NCBI GenBank assembly: GCA_965243025.1
Contig: CBDETY010000003.1
Span: 5,792,001 to 5,856,000 of the forward strand
Direction of reading: 5' to 3'
DNA from: Candidatus Latescibacterota bacterium
GTDB lineage: Bacteria; Latescibacterota; UBA2968; UBA8231
DNA length: 64,000 nucleotides
The position numbers and the translations under genes are program-made. This document shows, one piece after another, positions 21,093-30,740 of this stretch; the first letter of the stretch is position 1, and every line of letters starts with the position of its first letter. Below the pieces are notes generated by a model, which saw nothing but the letters and a program-made list of their open reading frames with translations, was not told the DNA's origin and did no database searches.

Positions 21093-21201
21093 CCTGCCTT
21101 GTGAAGGGTTGCAACCCCTGTTAAACGCTTCCTGAATCCTGTCGCCTGACCGGTCCCCGCTGAAAGGGGGGATTCCTTCTGCATTCAGGCCAACTGGAGA
21201 A

Positions 21202-22440
21202 ATGCGGATGAGCAAGACAATCCTGCTTATCGGAGCATTCGACACCAAGGGAACGGACTACGATTTCGTCCGCTCCGAGATCGCCGGCCGTGGGCACTCC
21301 GTACTGACGGTGAACTGCGGCGTGCTCGGGAGCACCGATCTGTTTCCCGTCGATGTCGAAGCCTCGGAAGTCGCCAGCGCCGGGGACGGCAGTCTCGGGG
21401 AACTGCGCGGCACCCGGGACCGCGGCGAGGCGATGAAAGTCATGACCGCCGGTGCCGGAGTCGTCGCCGCCCGGCTGCACGCGGAGGGCCGCTTCGACGG
21501 CGTCATCGGGTTGGGAGGGAGCGGCGGCAGCACGGTGGTCACTTCCGCCATGCGCGCCCTGCCTCTCGGTGTCCCGAAGCTCTGCGTCTCGACAGTGGCC
21601 TCGGGCGACACGTCGGCGTACGTCGGGCTCAAGGATGTCACCCTGATGCCGTCGGTCGTGGACGTCGCCGGGCTCAACCGCGTTTCGCGGATCATTTACG
21701 CGCGCGCCGCCGGAGCGATCTGCGGAATGGTCGAGGCTGAGCCGGAGACAGGAAAGGGGGGTGACAGACCGGTGATCGCCGCGTCGATGTTCGGCAACAC
21801 CACCGAATGTGTCGAGGCATGCGTAGAGGCCCTCTCCGCCCACGGCTACGAGGTCCTGGTCTTCCACGCCACGGGAACCGGCGGAAGAACGATGGAATCC
21901 CTTGTCGACGAGGGATTGGTCGACGCCGTGCTCGACATAACTACCACCGAATGGGCCGATACGGTTTGCGGAGGATTTTTCGACGCCGGTGAGGACCGCC
22001 TGTCTGCCCCGGGCCGCCTGGGAATTCCTCACCTGATCGTGCCCGGCTGTGTCGACATGGCCAACTTCCACGGGATCGAGACGGTGCCGAGCCATTACCG
22101 GGATTCCGGCCGGAACCTGTACGAGTGGAACCCCTCCGTGACCCTGCTGCGCACCAATGTCGAGGAAAACCGGCGCATGGGGGCCGCATTTGCGGAGAAG
22201 GCGAACCAGGCCGGGGGCCCGGTGGCCTTCCTTCTGCCGCTGAAAGGGGTGTCGATCCTCGACGGAGACGGGCAGCAGTTCTGCGATCGCGAAGCGGATT
22301 TCGCCATGTTCGAGGCGATCAGGTCCGGGCTGAGGGAGGACATCCCCGTTCACGAGCTCGATGCGAACATCAACGATCCCGAGTTCTCGGCACGCGCCGT
22401 AGAGCTGATGCTCGAGCTGATGGCGCAGAAGCGGGGTTGA
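21202..22440 (+). CDS. Tm-1-like ATP-binding domain protein (UPF0261)
   Basis: IGAFDTKG, GLGGSGGS, ALPLGVPKLCVSTVASG, PSVVDVAGLN, FHATGTGG, DITTTE, PGCVDMANF. Confidence 0.88.
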   Translation: MRMSKTILLIGAFDTKGTDYDFVRSEIAGRGHSVLTVNCGVLGSTDLFPVDVEASEVASAGDGSLGELRGTRDRGEAMKVMTAGAGVVAARLHAEGRFDGVIGLGGSGGSTVVTSAMRALPLGVPKLCVSTVASGDTSAYVGLKDVTLMPSVVDVAGLNRVSRIIYARAAGAICGMVEAEPETGKGGDRPVIAASMFGNTTECVEACVEALSAHGYEVLVFHATGTGGRTMESLVDEGLVDAVLDITTTEWADTVCGGFFDAGEDRLSAPGRLGIPHLIVPGCVDMANFHGIETVPSHYRDSGRNLYEWNPSVTLLRTNVEENRRMGAAFAEKANQAGGPVAFLLPLKGVSILDGDGQQFCDREADFAMFEAIRSGLREDIPVHELDANINDPEFSARAVELMLELMAQKRG

Positions 22441-22563
22441 TGAAGGCACCATGCACCAACGGCAGCAAGGGCGGGATTGCATCCTGCGCCGCTTGTCGGG
22501 AGGTGTACCCCTTCCGGGAGCCGGCAACCCACCCTTGAGAATCCGGAGGCCCGGAGGGAATCC

Positions 22564-22986
22564 ATGTCCAGGAAACTGACTTTCGTCCAGCCGGAAGATG
22601 TAGAGACCCAGGTTTTCGACTGGGGCAGGCTTTCGTGGCTGTCCGAGCCGAGCGTCACCGCCGCAGAGCGCTTCAGCGCCGGGGTCGTCAGACTCGAGCC
22701 CGGCAAGGGGCACGAACGCCACAACCATCCGTACAGCGAGGAGATTCTCTACGTGGTTCGCGGTACCGGTCTGCAGACGGTCGAGCTTCCCGAGGGGGAA
22801 TTGGAGGAGGAGATCGGCCCCGGAACCCTGGTCCATATCCCGACGGCGCTGTACCACTCGACGATCAACAGCGGCGAGGACACCCTGGAGATGATCGCCA
22901 TCTACGCCCCCTTCGGTCCGGAGGCGGAGCTGCGCCGCATGGATGGAGTGGAACTCGAACCCCCGCGACGACCGCGGCAGGAGTAG
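22564..22986 (+). CDS. Cupin domain protein
   Basis: HERHNHPYSEEILYVVRGTG and IPTALYHSTIN cupin motifs. Confidence 0.88.
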   Translation: MSRKLTFVQPEDVETQVFDWGRLSWLSEPSVTAAERFSAGVVRLEPGKGHERHNHPYSEEILYVVRGTGLQTVELPEGELEEEIGPGTLVHIPTALYHSTINSGEDTLEMIAIYAPFGPEAELRRMDGVELEPPRRPRQE

Positions 22987-22989
22987 ACC

Positions 22990-23817
22990 ATGGCTTTCAC
23001 GAGGGATGAAGTTCTGGGGCGCCTGCACAAGCTGATCGATCAGGGGACTCCGATCCTGGGAGCGGGAGCCGGAACCGGAATCAGCGCGAAGTTCGAAGAG
23101 GCGGGCGGCGTCGATCTGATCGTCATCTACAACTCCGGCCGTTTCCGCATGGCGGGCCGCGGCTCCCTCGCCGGCCTGATGCCGTACGGCGACGCCAACG
23201 CCATCGTCATGGAGATGGCGGGAGAGGTGCTGACGATCGTCGAGGACACCCCGGTGCTGGCAGGGGTCTGCGGCACGGATCCGTTTCGACGCATGGAGGT
23301 GTTCCTGAAACAGGTGGAAGAGGTCGGCTTCTCGGGGGTGCAGAACTTCCCGACGGTGGGGCTCTTCGACGGCATGATCCGCCAGAACCTCGAAGAGACC
23401 AACATGGGGTACGGCCTCGAGGTCGAGATGATCCGCCTCGCATCCGGGATGGGGATGCTGACCACGCCGTATGCCTTCAACCCCGGCGAAGGTGAGCGGA
23501 TGGCCGAAGCCGGCGCCGACATCGTCGTCGCCCACATGGGGCTGACGACGAGTGGTTCGATCGGGGCCGAGACCTCGCTGACCCTGGAAGAATCGGCGGG
23601 GCGGGTGCAGGCGATCTGCGATGCCGCGCGCCAAGTCAACCCCGAGGTCATTGTGCTCTGCCACGGCGGACCGATCGCCATGCCGGCCGACGCCGAGTAC
23701 GTGCTCCGCAACACCGACGGCGTCAACGGTTTCTACGGGGCTTCCAGCATGGAGCGGCTGCCCGTGGAAACCGCCATGGTCGAGCACATCCGCAAGTACA
23801 AGCAGATCGAATTCTGA
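22990..23817 (+). CDS. TIM-barrel PEP-hydrolase-like protein (Tm-1 C-terminal domain family)
   Basis: GAGAGTGISAK, YNSGRFRMAGRGSLAGL, GVQNFPTVG, HGGPI, GASSMERLP. Confidence 0.88.
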   Translation: MAFTRDEVLGRLHKLIDQGTPILGAGAGTGISAKFEEAGGVDLIVIYNSGRFRMAGRGSLAGLMPYGDANAIVMEMAGEVLTIVEDTPVLAGVCGTDPFRRMEVFLKQVEEVGFSGVQNFPTVGLFDGMIRQNLEETNMGYGLEVEMIRLASGMGMLTTPYAFNPGEGERMAEAGADIVVAHMGLTTSGSIGAETSLTLEESAGRVQAICDAARQVNPEVIVLCHGGPIAMPADAEYVLRNTDGVNGFYGASSMERLPVETAMVEHIRKYKQIEF

Positions 23818-23847
23818 AACCGCCCGGTTCCGGACGCCGGGAAAGCG

Positions 23848-24372
23848 ATGCTGCCCCTCCGCAAGGTCGAGATACGCCGGCTCTTCGAGCGGGCGGCCCG
23901 CGACTACCCGCCCCGGTGCGAGATCGCCTTCCTGCTGCAGAACTTCGACGATCCCCGCAACGTCGGTTCGCTGTTCCGCGTCGCCGACGCGGTGGGGGCG
24001 AGCGAAATCATCTGCACGGGGAAAACCCCAACCCCCCCGCATGAGGAGATCGACCGCACCTCGAGAGGGCACGACCGCCGTGTGCCATGGCGCCGCATCC
24101 CGAGGATCGACGAGGCGACGAAGACCCTGAAAGCCGAGGGCAATCACCTCGTGGCTCTCGAGACGGCGCAGGGAACCTGTTGCTACCTCGACTATCCGTA
24201 CGCCGAGCGCACCTGCCTGGTCCTCGGCAACGAGGCGAAGGGGATTCTGCCGGCAACACTCCGGGACTGCGACGGCGCGGTTTTCGTCCCGATGTACGGC
24301 AAGGGGCCGTCGATGAACGTCCACGTCGCGGCCGCCATCGTCTCCTACCAGGCGCGGATCGGACGCCGCTGA
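23848..24372 (+). CDS. SpoU/TrmH-family RNA methyltransferase
   Basis: DDPRNVGSLFR, LVLGNEAKG, VPMYG..SMNVHVA. Confidence 0.9.
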   Translation: MLPLRKVEIRRLFERAARDYPPRCEIAFLLQNFDDPRNVGSLFRVADAVGASEIICTGKTPTPPHEEIDRTSRGHDRRVPWRRIPRIDEATKTLKAEGNHLVALETAQGTCCYLDYPYAERTCLVLGNEAKGILPATLRDCDGAVFVPMYGKGPSMNVHVAAAIVSYQARIGRR

Positions 24373-24493
24373 CTGGCCCCCCCGAAAGAGCGCGGGTGTG
24401 GCCGGTCAGTTACGGCAGCCCTGCGGAACCGGCCGGGTTCAAGCCGCGGCCCGATGCAGGAGCACTCATCTTTCCATGTCCTGCCGGGGCGAG

Positions 24494-26062
24494 TCAGCCG
24501 GCGTGCAGGCTTTCCAGGCGGCGGTAATCCTCGACCAGATCGTCGTAGACACCCCGGGCGGAAGGGTCGGGCTGCAGCGTTGAACCGGGGACGGGTCGTG
24601 TAAAGGGAGCGACGATTTCAGACCAGTTGCGCTCCGGCCCAGCCTGCCTGAAGTGCGCGTGCGCGGCGCGCAGCGCCGCTCCGAGAGCGGCGGAGTTGGT
24701 CGTCCGGTAGCGATGCACCGGGGCCCCGTGCACGTTGGCGAAGATGCGCAGGATTTCGGTGTTGGCCGATGCCCCCCCGGTCACCGAGAGCGAACGCACC
24801 GGGACCTGCATCCACTCGCAGTGAATCCGCGACGAGAGGGCCTGCGCCTCGATCACGGCTCTGACATTGCAGTCGGCATCTCCGGGATCCAGTCCCTTGC
24901 GGATGACACCGGGTTCGGCGACGCGAGGAACGATCTCGGGGTCGAAGTAGGGAAGCATCAGGGCGCCGCCGTTTCCCGCTTCGGTGCGCTGCAGGGCCGC
25001 GGTGAACGTCTCCCAGTCGAGGCCGTGCTCGTCCCTGACGGCCTCCCTGGCCAGGCTGCCGTTCATGAAGCAGACGAGGGCCATGTAGTTGAGTCCGTCT
25101 GGTGATGCGAAGACGGCCCCCTCTCCCGAAGCGGAAACCCGCGGTTCCCCCATGCATGCGAACAGCGTGTCAGAAGTGCCGAGACTCAGGGCCACCTGTC
25201 CCGGCTCGACCAGCCCCAGGCCGATCAGGCTGCTGGGGTTGTCCCCCGAGAAGGGCAGTACCTGGCATCCGGGAGCAAACCCGTAGCGGCCTGCGAATCG
25301 GGGGCTGATGGTGCCGGCAGGGGAATCGGATGCGGCGACCGGCAGGAGCTTTGCAGATAACCCGGGTGCGGTCGCCGCCATCGCTTGCGGGCTCCACCTG
25401 CGGGTGCGGATATCCATGAGGTTGGTGCCGCTGCCGTCTCCGGCGTCGACCCCGACCAGCCGGCCGGCAAGGAGGCTGGCGATGAACGAGCTGACCAGGC
25501 AGACCGCCGCGGTCGCCTCGTACCCTTCGGGGTCGGTCTGGAAGAACTTGCGGACCTGGGGGCCGCTGAAGCGCTCGAAAGCGGCGTTGCCGGTCAGCTC
25601 GAGGAGCTTGTTGCGGCCACCGACCCCGGCCTCGATCTCGCGGCACTGGGACGCGGTCGACGAGTCCATCCAGACCGGGGCGGTGGCGCGCGAGAAGATG
25701 CCTGAAAGCGCATCGGCGGGGGCTTCCCCGGGGCCGAACCGCGCCAGGGCGGAGGCGGCGGTGGCGTTGAGATAAACGGTGCCGTGCTGTTGGCCGCACC
25801 CGGAGATCGCCGCTATGGAAGCGAGATCGCACCTTTCCCGGAGCCTCTCGAGCAGCAGGTCGAGGGCTTCGACCCACATCAGGGGAGGGGCGTGCACTTC
25901 TCCCGGGCCGAGCTCGAGAACCCCGTTGCCGACACCGTAGCGGTCGCCGAAGCGCTCGTCGAAAAGGATGGACTCCTCGGCGACGATGGCTTCCGTCGAG
26001 AAGTCGACGACCAGTCCGGTCATCGACTGGGTGCTGGAATCGATGCCGAGGAATTTGCTCAT
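24494..26062 (-). CDS. Xylulokinase (FGGY family, eukaryote-type)
   Basis: GIDSSTQ, GQQHGTVY, WMDSST, ERFSGPQ, GDNPSSL, SLGTSDT, NGSLARE. Confidence 0.85.
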   Translation of the reverse strand: MSKFLGIDSSTQSMTGLVVDFSTEAIVAEESILFDERFGDRYGVGNGVLELGPGEVHAPPLMWVEALDLLLERLRERCDLASIAAISGCGQQHGTVYLNATAASALARFGPGEAPADALSGIFSRATAPVWMDSSTASQCREIEAGVGGRNKLLELTGNAAFERFSGPQVRKFFQTDPEGYEATAAVCLVSSFIASLLAGRLVGVDAGDGSGTNLMDIRTRRWSPQAMAATAPGLSAKLLPVAASDSPAGTISPRFAGRYGFAPGCQVLPFSGDNPSSLIGLGLVEPGQVALSLGTSDTLFACMGEPRVSASGEGAVFASPDGLNYMALVCFMNGSLAREAVRDEHGLDWETFTAALQRTEAGNGGALMLPYFDPEIVPRVAEPGVIRKGLDPGDADCNVRAVIEAQALSSRIHCEWMQVPVRSLSVTGGASANTEILRIFANVHGAPVHRYRTTNSAALGAALRAAHAHFRQAGPERNWSEIVAPFTRPVPGSTLQPDPSARGVYDDLVEDYRRLESLHAG

Positions 26063-26136
26063 GAAAATCGCCTTGGTTAGGTTGACTCGCCCCCGCGAAA
26101 CTTTCCTGCAGCGAATACTCGCACAGATCCGGAAGT

Positions 26137-27483
26137 ATGCCAAGCCTCAGAGAGACAGATCCGGCGGTCGCCGGCATCCTCGACGCCGAGAACCGCCGCC
26201 AGCACCGGAAAATCCGCCTGATTCCATCGGAGAACTACAGCAGCCGGGCGGTGCTCGAGGCGACCGGTTCGATCCTGACCAACAAGTACTCCGAAGGGTA
26301 TGCCGGAGACCGCTACTACGAGGGACAGCAGCAGATCGACCGCATCGAGGAGCTGTGCGTGCAGCGGGCGAGGGAGCTGTTCGGGGCGGATCACGTAAAC
26401 GTCCAGCCGTACTCGGGATCGCCCGCCAACCAGGCGGTCTACGTCGCCTTCGCAAAACCGGGGGAGAAGGTCATGGGTATGTCGCTGGCTCACGGAGGCC
26501 ACCTGACGCACGGGGCGGAGGTCAGCGTCTCGGGCCGGTTTTACGAATCGGTGGCCTACGGGGTCGATCCCGGGAGCGGCCGGCTCGATTACGATGAAAT
26601 CGGCGACCTGGCGCAGCGCCACCGGCCCAAACTCCTGTTCTGCGGCGCCACGGCCTATCCGCGCGTCATCGATTTCGAGCGTTTTGCCGGGATCGGCCGG
26701 GAGGCCGGCGCTATCGTGGTGGCAGACATCGCCCACATCTCCGGCCTCGTTGCCGCCGGCGTCCATCCCAGTCCGGTGCCCCATGTGGACATCGTTACGA
26801 CGACGACCCACAAGACCCTGCGAGGCCCGAGAGGGGGCATGATCATGTGCCGCGCCGAATACGCCGAGGCGGTCGACAAGGCGGTGTTTCCAGGGTTGCA
26901 GGGCGGCCCCCACAACCACGCGACCGCGGCGATCGCGGTGGCGCTGAAAGAGGCGGCATCCGGAGAATTCCGGGAGTATGCTGCGCGGGTCGTCAGCAAT
27001 GCGAAAATCCTTGCGGATGCGCTGAGCGCGCGCGGCTTCGACCTGGTCTCCGGAGGTACCGACAATCACCTGCTGCTGATCGACGTCACCAACAAGGGGA
27101 TCACCGGCCACCAGATGGCCAGGGCCCTCGACGCAGCCGGAATCGTCTGCAACCGCAACCTGGTGCCTGGAGACCGGCGGCCTGCCCGCCGCCCCAGCGG
27201 CATCCGCATAGGCACGCCGGCGATCACCAGCAGGGGCTTCGGTGACCGGGAGATGGTGCAGCTGGCGGACTGGATGCAGCAGGTGGCGGCCGCCAGGGCG
27301 GACGACGCCCTCGACCTCGAGGGGCGCCGGAGATTCTACAGGGAGATCGCCGGGCAGGTGAAGGAGCTGTGCGACCGCTTTCCGGCGCCCGGTCTGGACT
27401 ACCCGGCAGGCGGGTTGCAGGAAGCCCGCCGTCGCCCGGATACCCCCGACAGCGCCCATTTCCCGAAGCAGCGAGACCCATGA
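26137..27483 (+). CDS. glyA: Serine hydroxymethyltransferase
   Basis: LIPSENY, NKYSEGY, HGGHLTHG, TTTHKTLRGPRGG, GGTDNHL, SGIRIGT. Confidence 0.96.
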   Translation: MPSLRETDPAVAGILDAENRRQHRKIRLIPSENYSSRAVLEATGSILTNKYSEGYAGDRYYEGQQQIDRIEELCVQRARELFGADHVNVQPYSGSPANQAVYVAFAKPGEKVMGMSLAHGGHLTHGAEVSVSGRFYESVAYGVDPGSGRLDYDEIGDLAQRHRPKLLFCGATAYPRVIDFERFAGIGREAGAIVVADIAHISGLVAAGVHPSPVPHVDIVTTTTHKTLRGPRGGMIMCRAEYAEAVDKAVFPGLQGGPHNHATAAIAVALKEAASGEFREYAARVVSNAKILADALSARGFDLVSGGTDNHLLLIDVTNKGITGHQMARALDAAGIVCNRNLVPGDRRPARRPSGIRIGTPAITSRGFGDREMVQLADWMQQVAAARADDALDLEGRRRFYREIAGQVKELCDRFPAPGLDYPAGGLQEARRRPDTPDSAHFPKQRDP

Positions 27484-28691
27484 ACGAGCGAGGAAACGTC
27501 TACTCCCGGCTGGGAGTGCGCACCATCATCAATGCCTCGGGGCCGTCGACGCGCCTCAGTGGCTCGATCATGCCTCCCGAGGTCGCCGCGGCGATGAGCG
27601 AGGCATCCCGGTTCTGTGTGGATATCGCCGAGCTTCAGGGGCGGGCATGCGAGAGGATCGCCGCAGTCACCGGGGCGGAGGCGGGTTACGTGACCAGCGG
27701 CGCAGCCGCCGGGCTGCTGCTCGGCACCGCGGCCTGCGTTACCGGTCTCGACCCGGACAGGATGAACCGCCTGCCCGACACGGCCGGCATGCGCAACGAA
27801 GTGATCATGGCGCGCAGCCACCGCAACTTCTACGACCACGCGATTCGCACGACAGGAATACGCCTGGTGGAGGTGGGAATTTCCGACCGCTTCAGCGGCG
27901 CCGGGGTCCGCGACGCGGAACCCTGGGAGATCGAGGCGGCGATCAACGACAGGACCGCGGCGATCTGCTACGTCGCGTACAGCCACACGCAACCGCCGCT
28001 GCCCGAGGTCGTCGCCGTTGCGCGTGCCGCAGAGATCCCGGTCATCGTCGACGCGGCGGGTCAGCTGCCTCCTGCCGATAACCTGAAGCGCTTCATATCC
28101 GAGGGGGCCGACCTCGTGGCCTTCAGCGGGGGCAAGGCGATCCGGGGTCCGCAGAGTTCGGGCATACTGTGCGGCCGCCGCGACCTCGTTCAGGCCGCGG
28201 CCCTGCAGCACCTCGATCTCGACGTCTACTGGGAGCAGTGGAATCCCCCGGCTGTCCTGATCGACAAGGAGCGCCTGCCCGGGGCCCCCCATCACGGCAT
28301 CGGCCGTCCCTGCAAGGTGGGCAAGGAAGAGATCGTCGGACTGCTGACGGCGCTGGACCTGTTCGTCGAAGAGGATGGATCAGAACGCCGGAAGCGCTGG
28401 TTGGACCTGATGCATTCGCTGCGGGAATCGCTCGCCGGCCTGCCGTGGTGCGAGGCCCTGCTCGTCGACGATCCGAAGCGTTCGGAGATCCCGGTGGTGC
28501 ACCTGAAACTGGACGAAGCCGGTATCGGAAAGACCGCGATGCAGGTGGTCTGCGAGCTGCAGGAGGGGGATCCGGCCATTCACGCCAACCCGTCCCATGT
28601 TCGCGACGGCATCGTCGCCTTCGGCCCGCTCTGCCTGAAGGAGGAGGAAGTGGGCAGGATCGCCCCGCAGCTTGCCCGGATCATCGGCTAG
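27480..28691 (+). CDS. SelA-like PLP-dependent enzyme (DgaE-type ammonia lyase family)
   Basis: IINASG..T.LSGS, TSGAAAG, VDAA, FSGGKAIRGPQSSG, IGRPCKVGKEEIVG; ATGA overlap with glyA. Confidence 0.82.
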   Translation: MNERGNVYSRLGVRTIINASGPSTRLSGSIMPPEVAAAMSEASRFCVDIAELQGRACERIAAVTGAEAGYVTSGAAAGLLLGTAACVTGLDPDRMNRLPDTAGMRNEVIMARSHRNFYDHAIRTTGIRLVEVGISDRFSGAGVRDAEPWEIEAAINDRTAAICYVAYSHTQPPLPEVVAVARAAEIPVIVDAAGQLPPADNLKRFISEGADLVAFSGGKAIRGPQSSGILCGRRDLVQAAALQHLDLDVYWEQWNPPAVLIDKERLPGAPHHGIGRPCKVGKEEIVGLLTALDLFVEEDGSERRKRWLDLMHSLRESLAGLPWCEALLVDDPKRSEIPVVHLKLDEAGIGKTAMQVVCELQEGDPAIHANPSHVRDGIVAFGPLCLKEEEVGRIAPQLARIIG

Positions 28692-28738
28692 CTGCACCAG
28701 CGGAAGTCGCAAACCAGGGCCCGCCCGCAGGCCGGATT

Positions 28739-29278
28739 TCACCCGGCCCCGTATCTCTCCAGCACTTCCCCCCACGTCCCCTGCGCCTTCATCAACAGCT
28801 CGATCACCTCCCTGATCGCCCCGCTGCCCCCCGGCGTAGTGGTTACGTAATCGGCCCGTTCCTTGACTTCCGGACGGGCGTTGGCCACGGCGACCCCAAG
28901 GCCGACCCGGTCGATGAGGGGAATGTCCGGAAGGTCGTCTCCGAGGTATGCGACCTCCTCGTCGGCGACGCCGGCGGCGGCGCAGATCTCCTCGTAGGGA
29001 GGTGTCTTCTCCAGGTGCCCCTGGCGGATGTAGGTGATTCCGAGCATCTGCGCGCGATGGGTCACTCCCGGGGAGTCGCGCCCGCTGATCAGCCCGCTCG
29101 CCAGTCCGGAGGCGTGCGCCCAGCGCAGCGCCATCCCGTCCTGGGCGTGCGACTGCTTGGCCTCGACCATGCCGCCGTCAGGTCCGGGAACGTAGAACAG
29201 GTTTCCGTCGGTCCAGACCCCGTCCACGTCCATGAGCAGCAGGCGGATTCCCGCCGCTTTTTGTTCCGCGTCCTTCAT
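28739..29278 (-). CDS. kdsC: KDO-8-phosphate phosphatase (HAD)
   Basis: DVDGVWTDG, GDDLPD, GGSGAIREV. Confidence 0.88.
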   Translation of the reverse strand: MKDAEQKAAGIRLLLMDVDGVWTDGNLFYVPGPDGGMVEAKQSHAQDGMALRWAHASGLASGLISGRDSPGVTHRAQMLGITYIRQGHLEKTPPYEEICAAAGVADEEVAYLGDDLPDIPLIDRVGLGVAVANARPEVKERADYVTTTPGGSGAIREVIELLMKAQGTWGEVLERYGAG

Positions 29279-29293
29279 GCCGCCGCCCGGTGG

Positions 29294-30427
29294 TCAGGCA
29301 CGGAGCGGAACCGCTCCGCTCTGCGACTCGATGGCTGCGAGGAGCTTTTCGAAGGGCTCGACGAACAGCCGCACAGCGTCCACCTGGAGCCGGTCGGTCA
29401 CTTCCCTCATCGAGATCCCCGTTTCCTCGACCCTGTCCATGATCCGCTGCGCCTCGTCCAGGTCCTCTTCCAGGGAAGGCCTCACCTCGCCGTGGTCCCT
29501 GAAGGCCGTCAATGTCGCCTCGGGCATGGTGTTTACCGTGTCCGCTCCGACCAGCTCTTCGACGTACATCACGTCGCGGTACTCCGGATTCTTGGTGCTG
29601 GTGCTCGCCCACAGCAACCGCTGCGGTCTGGCCCCCCGAGCCGCCAGGGCGCCCCAGCGTTCCCCGGCGAACAGCTCTCCGTACCGGCGGTAGGCCAGCT
29701 TCGCGTTGGCGACGGCCGCCTTGCCGAGAAGACTTCGCAGTTCCTCCGCTTCGGGGGGCGATGCTCCTTCCAGGCGTTTCTCCAAAAGTCCGTCGACCAT
29801 GGTGTCGATGCGGCTGACGAAGAAGCTCGCGACACTGGCCACGGCTCCCGGGTCGCCGCCGCGGCTCAGGAGCTTTTCAAGACCGGACATGTAGGCCTCG
29901 GCGACCTCGACGTAGTTCCGGCGCGAGAACAGCAGGGTGATGTTGATGTTCAGTCCTTCTCCTACGAGGTGCTCGACGGCCGGCACTCCCTCGGGTGTAC
30001 CGGGGATCTTTATCATCAGGTTCGGGCGGCCCACCGCGGCGGCCAGCCGCAGGGCTTCGTCGATGGAGGCCGGAGTGTCCCCGGCCAGGTGAGGAGAAAC
30101 TTCGAGCGAAATGAAACCGTCGCTGCCTCCGGTCTCTTCGAAAACCGGAAGCAGCAGGTCCGCTCCCCACTGGATGTCCTCGACAGCAATTGTCTCGTAA
30201 ATCTGTAACGGCGACAGTCCCGAAGCCGCCAGATTCCCCAAGGCTCCCTTGTAATGGCTCGACCCGGCGATCGCTTTCTCGAAGATCGCGGGGTTCGAAG
30301 TCACCCCGCGCACGCCGTCTGCGGCGATCAGGCGCTGCAGCTCGCCCGATGTGATCATGCCGCGGCTGATGGTGTCGTACCAGACGCTCTGGCCGCGGCT
30401 TTGGAGGTCCAGCAGTGGGTTCGACAT
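29294..30427 (-). CDS. tal: Transaldolase
   Basis: GVTSNPAIF, SLEVSP, MIKIPGT, NITLLF, FFVSRID, LWASTSTKNP. Confidence 0.93.
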   Translation of the reverse strand: MSNPLLDLQSRGQSVWYDTISRGMITSGELQRLIAADGVRGVTSNPAIFEKAIAGSSHYKGALGNLAASGLSPLQIYETIAVEDIQWGADLLLPVFEETGGSDGFISLEVSPHLAGDTPASIDEALRLAAAVGRPNLMIKIPGTPEGVPAVEHLVGEGLNINITLLFSRRNYVEVAEAYMSGLEKLLSRGGDPGAVASVASFFVSRIDTMVDGLLEKRLEGASPPEAEELRSLLGKAAVANAKLAYRRYGELFAGERWGALAARGARPQRLLWASTSTKNPEYRDVMYVEELVGADTVNTMPEATLTAFRDHGEVRPSLEEDLDEAQRIMDRVEETGISMREVTDRLQVDAVRLFVEPFEKLLAAIESQSGAVPLRA

Positions 30428-30648
30428 TTTCGATCTTCTCCAGGTCGCCCTAAGCACGTCTCACCCGGGTAAGGGGGCTTTTGGCCGAGGGGATTGCTGT
30501 TGTCGGGGTTGGAAATATCCCGCTTGCAGCCCGGGGTCGCAAACGACCCCGGGTCCGGGCGCCGGTCCTTTGCCGGGGGTTTTTCTAACTTTGTCAGCGG
30601 GCGGCCAGCCTGGTTCCCAACGGCGGGGTCGAGCCGTGAGCGCCTTCC

Positions 30649-30678
30649 TTGCCCGGCCCGCCGAATTCGATGTATACT
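30649..30678 (+). promoter_or_regulatory. Putative sigma70 promoter
   Basis: TTGCCC-N18-TATACT upstream of the 2-PGK-like gene. Confidence 0.4.
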
Positions 30679-30740
30679 TACCACAAACAACAACATATGG
30701 ATTTTTCCCCCAACGGTTTCAGGCGGTTCGCGCGGTTGGT

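Noticed and set aside
27480-28691. True selenocysteine synthase selA
   Set aside because: Lacks the SelA N-terminal domain; motifs fit the DgaE/SelA-like subfamily; no selB/selC/selD nearby
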